A stretch of DNA of 64,000 nucleotides. Source: Anaeromyxobacter sp. Lineage in GTDB: Bacteria; Myxococcota; Myxococcia; Myxococcales; Anaeromyxobacteraceae. This document shows positions 55,870-64,000 of the stretch, piece by piece (position 1 is the first letter of the stretch; each line of letters begins with the position of its first letter). Where the stretch lies: the NCBI GenBank assembly GCA_049840735.1, contig JASGJN010000013.1, forward strand, positions 416,001-480,000, in the 5' to 3' direction. The notes under the pieces were generated by a model. It saw only the letters and a program-made list of their open reading frames with translations, searched no databases and was not told the origin of the DNA. Made by a program: the position numbers and the translations under genes.

Positions 55870-58339
55870 GGCTCCCCCGCGCCCGCGGGGATCGGCCCTC
55901 GGCGCTGCAGGCCGAGGTGTCCCGGCTGCGGGCTCCCCCGCGCCCGCGGGGATCGGCCCAGGAGCTGCTCGAATCGGCCACCCGGTGATGTTGGCTCCCC
56001 CGCGCCCGCGGGGATCGGCCCTTCCGCTTGGCCGTGACCCGGTTCTCGGGCGTGGCTCCCCCGCGCCCGCGGGGATCGGCCGTCGTCCGGGTCGCTGGGC
56101 GGGCGGCGGCCCCAGGCTCCCCCGCGCCCGCGGGGATCGGCCCGGCAGGGAGGGGGGCGGGGCGCGGTCACCATCGGCTCCCCCGCGCCCGCGGGGATCG
56201 GCCCGCGGCCGGGTCCGTCGGCAGGCTCTCGACCGGGGCTCCCCCGCGCCCGCGGGGATCGGCCCTGCGCGGACCAGCCCGGGCGCCCGTGCACCAGGCT
56301 CCCCCGCGCCCGCGGGGATCGGCCCCGGATCCGGTGGATGTCCTGCGGCTCGCTACGGGCTCCCCCGCGCCCGCGGGGATCGGCCCGCGGGTGCGGAGGC
56401 GCATCAGGCGCGGCGACAGGCTCCCCCGCGCCCGCGGGGATCGGCCCTCGTCGGGCAGCGACGGGCTCACCGCCCGGGTGGCTCCCCCGCGCCCGCGGGG
56501 ATCGGCCCTTCCGCATGCCCCGAGCGATGCGGCGGAGGGTGGCTCCCCCGCGCCCGCGGGGATCGGCCCCCGACCCTGACCACCCTGATCGCCGCCCTGG
56601 GGGCTCCCCCGCGCCCGCGGGGATCGGCCGTTGTCCGGCCCGGTCCCGGCGAAGCGCAAGCCGGCTCCCCCGCGCCCGCGGGGATCGGCCCTCGGCCGCG
56701 TTGGCGTTGGAGCGCCGGGACTGGGCTCCCCCGCGCCCGCGGGGATCGGCCGTGTACGGGTCGGCATTCGGCGCGCACCCTGCCGGCTCCCCCGCGCCCG
56801 CGGGGATCGGCCCGGCAGCTCCTACACCCCGGGCTCGGGCGGCACGGCTCCCCCGCGCCCGCGGGGATCGGCCCGGGCTGACCGCTGGTCCGGCCCCGCT
56901 TCCCGAGGCTCCCCCGCGCCCGCGGGGATCGGCCCAGGACCCCGCGCAGGAAGAGGGCGGCATCCTGGGCTCCCCCGCGCCCGCGGGGATCGGCCCGGCG
57001 GATCGTCTTCACCGCCGTTCCCGCACCAGGCTCCCCCGCGCCCGCGGGGATCGGCCCCGGGTCACCGCCGCAAACCCAGGGATCCTGACGGCTCCCCCGC
57101 GCCCGCGGGGATCGGCCCTCAGCACGGTGGCGCTCTGGTCCTCCGTCCACGGCTCCCCCGCGCCCGCGGGGATCGGCCCACGGGCGGCGACGCGGTGCGG
57201 ACCACGATGGGGGCTCCCCCGCGCCCGCGGGGATCGGCCCGTGCGCCGCACGTCCGTCGAGGTCCGTCCCGGGGCTCCCCCGCGCCCGCGGGGATCGGCC
57301 CCCCTTGCGATTTCGCTTGGTTCGGTTGTGCATGGCTCCCCCGCGCCCGCGGGGATCGGCCCCACTCGGCCAGCCGCCACGCCTCGGCCGCGCTGGCTCC
57401 CCCGCGCCCGCGGGGATCGGCCCTCGAGCGGCGAGACCGGAAGCGGATCCGCGCCGGCTCCCCCGCGCCCGCGGGGATCGGCCCCTTGTCCTTCTCGCCG
57501 GAATCGGTGGGTTTGCGGCTCCCCCGCGCCCGCGGGGATCGGCCCAGGAGCGGGCGCGCCTCATCGAACGGACCCGGGGCTCCCCCGCGCCCGCGGGGAT
57601 CGGCCCGGCGCGCCCTCGTCCGCGGTGAGCCGCCGGAAGGCTCCCCCGCGCCCGCGGGGATCGGCCCTGGATCCGCCTCGGCGGAGACCGGGATCTCCTC
57701 GGCTCCCCCGCGCCCGCGGGGATCGGCCCGGCAACGGCGGGTGGTACTCCGGCGCGGATCCGGCTCCCCCGCGCCCGCGGGGATCGGCCCGGTCCTCGGC
57801 CGCCGGCGACCTGCGAGTCGTCGGCTCCCCCGCGCCCGCGGGGATCGGCCCGACACCACGGCGTGGGTCACGGGCGTGGACGAGGCTCCCCTGCGCCCGC
57901 GGGGATCGGCCCTCTGCTTCTCCGACGTGATCGCGGGCGGCTCGGGCTCCCCCGCGCCCGCGGGGATCGGCCCGGCATGAGCCCCGAGTTCTACCTGCGG
58001 TGGGAGGCTCCCCCGCGCCCGCGGGGATCGGCCCTGGTCCCCGTTCTCCACCAGCCCGAGCTCCTCGGCTCCCCCGCGCCCGCGGGGATCGGCCCCCGGC
58101 GAAGCAGGCGGCAACCTTCTGCCGCATGGCTCCCCCGCGCCCGCGGGGATCGGCCCTGGCTCTCGCGGTCGATCTCCGAGTTGACGGTGGCTCCCCCGCG
58201 CTCGTGGGGATCGGCCCGGTGCCGTCGATCTTGTAGGTGGATCCGATGCGGCCCCCCCGCGCCCGCGGGGATCGGCCGTCCAGTTCACTCGGGCGCCCTC
58301 CGCACCGTTCGGCTCCCCCGCGCCCGAGGGGATCGGCCG
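55870..58339 (+). CRISPR. Type I-E CRISPR array: 41 repeats (29 bp GGCTCCCCCGCGCCCGCGGGGATCGGCC[C/G]), 40 spacers of 31-33 bp
   Basis: Repeats counted at ~61-bp period from 55870 to 58311; variant repeats at 57884, 58189, 58250 and 58311 mark the trailer end. Confidence 0.99.
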
Positions 58340-58766
58340 TGAAGCCCTCGATCGGTCGGGGGCAGCGGCTGGCCGCGCGGGGGCTGGCGCCGTCCGCCAA
58401 GCGCTGGAGGCGCCCAGGCTGATCACGTGGGCCGCTGCGACCGGAGGCGAGACTGCGAGGGCACTCGGCGCCGCGCCTGGCGCTCAGGAGGCCGAAGAGG
58501 CCCGCCACGACCCAGCGATTGATCGCAGGCACGGCGCACTTCCGCGCCCGCTTCGGAGACGACGATCGGGGCCGCGCCATCGTTCATCGCTGGCTCGAGC
58601 CGGAGTGGAACGGGGAGCGGCAGCTCGCGGCCCAGGCGCTGAGGAGTCTCGAGGGATCGCGTGAGCCGACCGTCACGGGGGATGGGTCGCGCTGATCGCT
58701 CCGCGGGTTGGACTCCAGCGTCCGGAGCCTTCGCCAGCGCGCCGCCGGAGCAGTTCCCCCAACACC

Positions 58767-59522
<756 letters not shown>

Positions 59523-59872
59523 GGGCGGGCACCATACCTACCCCATCCGCGACCTGTACACCTGCCATGCCGGATGCACGCAGGGGGGCACCGCCTTCCG
59601 GCCCCGCCCCGCTGGGCGCGAGTGCCCTCGCAGACTTCAGGCGGGCGAGCTGCTGGCGCGGACGCGAACTGACCGAACAGCTACTAGGAGCTGGAACCGA
59701 GGGCGCGCCCGCCGTTCCCGCAGGAGCCGACGCACCCGAACCACGCCTGCGCGACAGCACAGGCCTTCGCCGGCGAGGTCACACCGTGAACGAGCTGCGC
59801 CGAGGCCGTCGAAGGTGAAGGGGCGCTCTCCCGCAGGCGACGCCCTGCCGCTGTCCGACTCCGCGACGCCGC

Positions 59873-60073
59873 GTGACGCCTCGGCGGGCGAGGATGACGC
59901 GCCTGGCTTCCGTGGCTTCGAGGCGATGGTGCGGGCGCGAGGCCCCTCTCCCCGTGGACGCGCACGTCGTCGGCGAGCCCGTCACGGTGACGGAGGTGCA
60001 CTACCCCGACCTGCCGCGCGTCGGGCTCGTGGCGACGTGCCAGCGCGGTGGCCTCGCCTACGACGTGAGCTAA
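59873..60073 (+). pseudogene. Degraded fragment resembling the CcbP calcium-binding family
   Basis: LPVDAHVVGEPVTVTEVHY..RVGLVATCQRGGLAYDVS*; no intact N-terminus; family assigned from memory. Confidence 0.35.
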
Positions 60074-60194
60074 TCGAACAGGCGAGCAAGTGGCTGCACG
60101 ACAAGGCGTTCCGGCGCATCTGGCACGCGAGGTCGCTTCGCCGCACTCAACTGGAGCAGCACGACGCCTGACCCACCAAGCCTGCTCGTGGACC

Positions 60195-60464
60195 TTACCT
60201 CCGCTTGCGCCCCTTCCCCGCCGCCGACCACCCGAACTCCTCCTCGTGGCAGACGCCGTCGAGGTCGAGCGCGCGCTCCTGCATGTACCGCTGCGCGTCG
60301 CGGATGGCCTGGTTGTAGACGGTGGGCGCGAGCTCCTCGAGGAAGAAGCGGAGCAGCCCCTCGGCCTTCAGGTCACCGAGGTCCTGCTCCAGCTCCTCCT
60401 CCGCGTACCGCTTGATGGAGGCGATGGCCTGCTGGCGGAGGTCCTTGTCGAGCTCGATGGGCAT
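60195..60464 (-). CDS. DUF2164 family protein
   Basis: AIASIKRY..LGDLKAEGLLRFFLEELAPTVYNQAIRDAQ. Confidence 0.85.
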   Translation of the reverse strand: MPIELDKDLRQQAIASIKRYAEEELEQDLGDLKAEGLLRFFLEELAPTVYNQAIRDAQRYMQERALDLDGVCHEEEFGWSAAGKGRKRR

Positions 60465-60499
60465 CTTTCCGCTCCTCGGCGGCTGCGTTGCGAGGCCCT

Positions 60500-60549
60500 G
60501 GCCTTCGACTCCGCCGCGGCGTGGCCGCGGCTACGCTCAGGCCGAACGG
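60500..60549 (-). repeat. REP-like element, full copy
   Basis: Reverse complement CCGTTC-GGCC-TGAGCGTA-GCCGCGGC-cac-GCCGCGGC-GGAGTCGAA-GGCC. Confidence 0.8.
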
Positions 60550-60569
60550 GGGTGGGCTCATGGCGCCCG

Positions 60570-60749
60570 GGGGTTGCTGGGGTTGCTGGGGTTGCTGGGG
60601 TTGCTGGGGGTGCTGGGGGTGCTGGGGCCGCTGGGGTTGCTGGGGCCGCTGGGGTTGCTGGGGTTGCTGGGGCCGCTGGGGTTGCTGGGGCCGCTGGGGT
60701 TGCTGGGGCCGCTGGGGTTGCTGGGGCCGCTGGGGTTGCTGGGGCCGCT
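60570..60749. repeat. 9-bp tandem repeat x20 (GGGG[TT/CC/GT]GCT)
   Basis: Counted directly; alternating TT/CC units give an 18-bp higher-order period in the right part. Confidence 0.95.
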
Positions 60750-60812
60750 GGGCAACATGGTCGACCGTGACCATCTCCGCCCGATTCAAGTTCGAGCGTG
60801 CCCCGCCACGCC

Positions 60813-60863
60813 CCGTTCGCCCTGAGCGTAGCGGGCCCGGCAGGGCCCGCGGAGTCGAAGGGC
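60813..60863 (+). repeat. REP-like element, full copy
   Basis: CCGTTC-GCCC-TGAGCGTA-GCGGGCCC-ggca-GGGCCCGC-GGAGTCGAA-GGGC. Confidence 0.8.
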
Positions 60864-60910
60864 AGGGACCTGCTCGCTGCATCCCCCAGAGCACGAACGA
60901 CAGCATCACC

Positions 60911-62149
60911 CTACCCCAGGTTCATCCGGAACCGCTTCGCCGCCACGGTGAAGATGCTCGCGCCGATCACGGCCAGGGCGAGGAGCGGCGCGGCCAGGTC
61001 GGCCAGGCCGGCGCCGCGCATGAGCACGCTGCGCGACACCTCGGCGTAGTGGCGGACGGGGTTCACCCAGGTGACCCACTGCAGCCACTCGGGCATGGCG
61101 TGCACCGGGCTCATGATGCCGGAGAGCAGGATGGCGGGCAGGAGGAACAGGAAGCCGCCCAGGAAGGCCTGCTGCTGGGTCTTCGACACGGTGGAGATGA
61201 AGAGGCCGACGCCGAGCGTGGTGAGCAGGTAGAGCACCGTCCCGAAGGCCAGCACCAGGAGCGAGCCGCGGATGGGCACGCCGAAGACCCAGGTGCCGGC
61301 GGCCACCAGCAGCATCACGTCCACGAAGCCGATCACCACGTAGGGCAGGATCTTCCCGGCCAGCAGCCAGACCGGGCGGATGGGGGTCACCATCACCTGC
61401 TCCAGCGTGCCGGTATCGCGCTCGCGGGCCAGGCCCATGGCGGTGACGATGGTGGTCACCACCAGCAGCAGCATGGCGGCGATGCCGGGGATCATGTACG
61501 GCGGGGTCTTGAGCTCGGGGTTGTAGTGGAGCCGCGGCGCGACGGCGAGCTGGGCGGGCGGCGCCAGGCCGCGGGCGGCCAGCCGCTCGCGCATCAGCGC
61601 CGCGCCGGCCTGGCCGAAGTACCCGGCGGCGGCGGCGGCGGCCACGGTGGAGCGGTTGGGGTCGGAGCCGTCGAGGATCACCTGCACCTCGGCCGGACGC
61701 CCGGCGGCCAGGTCGGCGGCGAGGCGCGGGGGGAGGATCACCGCCGCGGCGGCCTCGCCGTCGTCCAGCGCCTGGTCGGCCTCGGCGGCGCCGGGGCGCT
61801 CGCCGGCGCGCAGCAGCGTGCCGTCGGCCAGCAGCCGGCGGGTGTGCTCGCGCGAGACGTCGGTGCGGTCCTGGTCCACCACCACGGTGGGCACCCGGTC
61901 CACGGTGAAGTCCACCGAGAAGCCCAGCACCACGGTCTGGATCAGCGGCGCGGCGATGAGCATGAACATCATGCGCCGGTCGCGGATGGTCTGGCGGACC
62001 TCCTTGCGGAAGACGGCGGCCAGCTGCACGCGCCAGTGGGGGCGGCGCAGGGCCCTGCCCTTCGACTTCGCGAGCCCTGCGGGCTCGCTACGCTCAGGGC
62101 GAACGGGGGCAGTGGGGCGAACGGGATCGTGGTGGGGATCGGCGGTCAC
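60911..62149 (-). CDS. ABC-2 permease (YbhR-like)
   Basis: KEVRQTIRD, YNPELK, ARERDTGTLEQVMVTP, LLSGIMSP..MPEWLQ; GTG start overlaps the upstream TGA. Confidence 0.9.
   Translation of the reverse strand: MTADPHHDPVRPTAPVRPERSEPAGLAKSKGRALRRPHWRVQLAAVFRKEVRQTIRDRRMMFMLIAAPLIQTVVLGFSVDFTVDRVPTVVVDQDRTDVSREHTRRLLADGTLLRAGERPGAAEADQALDDGEAAAAVILPPRLAADLAAGRPAEVQVILDGSDPNRSTVAAAAAAGYFGQAGAALMRERLAARGLAPPAQLAVAPRLHYNPELKTPPYMIPGIAAMLLLVVTTIVTAMGLARERDTGTLEQVMVTPIRPVWLLAGKILPYVVIGFVDVMLLVAAGTWVFGVPIRGSLLVLAFGTVLYLLTTLGVGLFISTVSKTQQQAFLGGFLFLLPAILLSGIMSPVHAMPEWLQWVTWVNPVRHYAEVSRSVLMRGAGLADLAAPLLALAVIGASIFTVAAKRFRMNLG
62057..62106 (-). repeat. REP-like element inside the permease 5' coding region
   Basis: Reverse complement CCGTTC-GCCC-TGAGCGTA-GCGAGCCC-gca-GGGCTCGC-GAAGTCGAA-GGGC. 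Confidence 0.8.
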
Positions 62150-63276
62150 GCGAGCCTCCGCTGGAACCGCGCGGTGGCCAGCCCCACGATGGCCACGGCG
62201 AAGAGGGCCACGGCCAGGAGGTCGGGCCAGAGCACGTCCAGCCCGGCGCCCTTGAGCAGGATCCCGCGCAGCGCGTGGACCAGGTAGCGGGCCGGGATCA
62301 CGCGCGAGATGAGCTGCAGGGGCAGCGCCATGTTCTCGATGGGGAAGACCATGCCGGAGAGGAGCAGCGAGGGGAGCAGCGCCGAGAGCACCCCGGCCTG
62401 GGTGGCCACCAGCTGGTTCTTGGTGACCACCGAGACCAGCAGCCCCTGCCCCAGCATGCCCACCAGGAAGAAGAAGCCGATGGTGAAGAGCAGGACGGCG
62501 CTGCCGCGCACCGGCACGTCGAAGACCACCGCGCCGAACGCCACCACCAGCTGGAGCGAGAGCATGCCCAGCACCAGGTAGGGGATGAGCTTGCCCACGA
62601 TGATCTCCAGGCGGCCCACCGGCGAGGCGAAGAGCTGCTCCATCGAGCCGCGCTCCCACTCGCCGGCCACGGTCAGCGCGGTCAGGAGCACGGCGGTGAT
62701 GGCCAGGATGTAGGCCGCCAGCCCGGGCACCATGAAGAGCGCGGTCCGGCCCTCGGGGTTGTAGCGGGTCCAGACCTTGACCGAGAGCGGCGGCGCCGCG
62801 GCGGCGCGCGCCGGGAGCAGCCCCTGGCTGGCGGCCCGCACCAGCCCGTCGGCCTTGGAGAGCACCTGGTTGGCCACGGTCACGTCCGACCCGTCCACCA
62901 AGAGCTGCAGCTCCACCCGCTCGCCGCGCGCCACCTGCTCCGCGTAGCCCACCGGCACCACCAGCACCGCCGAGGCCTGGCGGCGCCGGAAGAGCCGGTC
63001 GGCGTCCTCCGGCCGGGCCTCGCCGGCGAAGGCCAGCTCGCCGGGGGCGGTCAGCTCCCGCACCAGCGCCCGCGAGGCCTGGGTGCGGTCGCGGTCGGCC
63101 ACCGCCAGCGGGACGTGGTCCAGGTCGAAGGAGACGCCGTAGCCGAAGAGGAGCAGCATCAGCACCGGCATGGCCAGCGCCAGGTAGAGCGTGCGCGGGT
63201 CGCGCAGCACGTGCAGCGTCTCCTTCGACGCCATGGCGCCGATCCGCACCAGCGACCGCCTCAGGGCCGGGTTCAC
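62146..63276 (-). CDS. ABC-2 permease (YbhS-like)
   Basis: KETLHVLRDPR, LLLFGYG, YNPE, EWERGSMEQL, FPIENM. Confidence 0.92.
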   Translation of the reverse strand: MNPALRRSLVRIGAMASKETLHVLRDPRTLYLALAMPVLMLLLFGYGVSFDLDHVPLAVADRDRTQASRALVRELTAPGELAFAGEARPEDADRLFRRRQASAVLVVPVGYAEQVARGERVELQLLVDGSDVTVANQVLSKADGLVRAASQGLLPARAAAAPPLSVKVWTRYNPEGRTALFMVPGLAAYILAITAVLLTALTVAGEWERGSMEQLFASPVGRLEIIVGKLIPYLVLGMLSLQLVVAFGAVVFDVPVRGSAVLLFTIGFFFLVGMLGQGLLVSVVTKNQLVATQAGVLSALLPSLLLSGMVFPIENMALPLQLISRVIPARYLVHALRGILLKGAGLDVLWPDLLAVALFAVAIVGLATARFQRRLA

Positions 63277-64000
63277 GCCGCCTCCTCGCCGCGCCCGCCG
63301 GCGCCCACCACGGCCAGGAACACGTCCTCCAGCGACGGCTCGGCCGGCTCCACCGCCACCTCCACCCCGCCCGCCGCGCGCGCCGCCGCCCCCACGTCCT
63401 CCGGGCCGGCGCCGGCCGGGTCGATGCGCAGGTGCAGCGCGGCCCCGAAGCGGATCACGTTGCGCACGCCGGGCAGGCCGCGCAGCCGCTCCACCGCCCC
63501 GGCCAGCTCCCGGCCGCGCACCACCAGCAGCTTCTCCGGCACCCAGGTCCGCTTGAGACCGGCGGGCGTGTCCAGCGCCACCAGCCTGCCGTCCACCATC
63601 AGCCCGATGCGGCGGCAGTACTCGGCCTCGTCGAGGTAGTGGGTGGTGACGAAGATGGTGGTCCCCCCGCGCGCCAGCTCGCGGATCACGCGCCAGAAGG
63701 TGCGCCGCGCCACCGGGTCCACGCCGGCGGTGGGCTCGTCCAGGAAGAGCACCTCCGGCTGTTGCAGGATGGCGCAGGCCAGCGCCAGCCGCTGGCGCAG
63801 GCCGCCGGGCAGGTCGCCGGTGGTGGCGTCGCCCAGGCCGGAGAGGTCGGCCTGGGCCATCACCTCGTCGGCCCGGGCCCGCAGCGCCTTGCCGGAGAGG
63901 CCGTAGGCGCCGCCGAAGAAGAGCAGGTTCTCGCGCACCGGCAGGTCGAGGTAGAGCGAGAACTTCTGCGACATGTAGCCGATGGCGGCCTTGACCGCCT
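63273..64000 (-). CDS. ABC transporter ATP-binding protein (YbhF-like), 5' part outside the window
   Basis: IGYMSQKFSLY, FLDEPTAGVDP, TTHYLDEAE. Confidence 0.92.
   Translation of the reverse strand, partial: AVKAAIGYMSQKFSLYLDLPVRENLLFFGGAYGLSGKALRARADEVMAQADLSGLGDATTGDLPGGLRQRLALACAILQQPEVLFLDEPTAGVDPVARRTFWRVIRELARGGTTIFVTTHYLDEAEYCRRIGLMVDGRLVALDTPAGLKRTWVPEKLLVVRGRELAGAVERLRGLPGVRNVIRFGAALHLRIDPAGAGPEDVGAAARAAGGVEVAVEPAEPSLEDVFLAVVGAGGRGEEAA

Noticed and set aside
57241..57272. Possible self-targeting spacer (shares ccgtcgaggtccg with ~44857-44869)
   Set aside because: Only a 13-nt match, plausible by chance at this GC content. A full spacer-versus-genome search was not possible.
58367..58392. 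Possible 42nd degenerate repeat (ggctggccgcgcgggggctggcgcc)
   Set aside because: It is off-period and too divergent to distinguish from GC-rich background.
54858..58580. Long repetitive ORFs over the CRISPR array
   Set aside because: They arise from stop-free GC-rich repeats and are not proteins.
60488..60760. (WGC/WGR)n Cys/Trp-rich peptide as a RiPP precursor for YcaO or the radical SAM enzyme
   Set aside because: It is one of six open frames of a 9-bp repeat, runs antisense into the permease, lies more than 45 kb from those enzymes and has no supporting leader.

Overview
This is a very GC-rich bacterial chromosome segment whose gene content looks myxobacterial (Anaeromyxobacter-like; inference). 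About 1-46 kb is mostly core and accessory genes: an MshEN-domain protein, XRE regulator, radical SAM enzyme, K+/H+ antiporter, lemA-TPM-TPM, glgP, an M20 peptidase, a ycaO-tfuA-SUI1-sdaA run, two tandem HtrA-like proteases, RND efflux with TetR, a complete Rrf2-sufBCDSUT operon, recQ, ABC exporters, and a CsgG/DUF4810/DUF799 four-lipoprotein operon. About 46.2-60.2 kb is a visibly more A/T-containing island. It holds a stand-alone Hsp70 substrate-binding-domain lipoprotein, a complete type I-E CRISPR-Cas system (cas3-cas8e-cas11-cas7-cas5-cas6-cas1-cas2; 41 repeats, 40 spacers), a SEC-C protein and gene debris. The main non-gene signals are: (1) 9 of about 15 apparent frameshifts are a one-base insertion converting GATC to GATTC/GAATC, which points to basecalling error at a modified GATC motif rather than real pseudogenes; (2) a dispersed family of structured palindromic repeats with covarying stems, one copy in frame inside an ABC permease; (3) a 20 x 9-bp G-tract repeat between two such elements; (4) clear TetR and Rrf2 operator palindromes; (5) several probably leaderless genes. 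All family assignments come from motif recognition by eye, not database searches.
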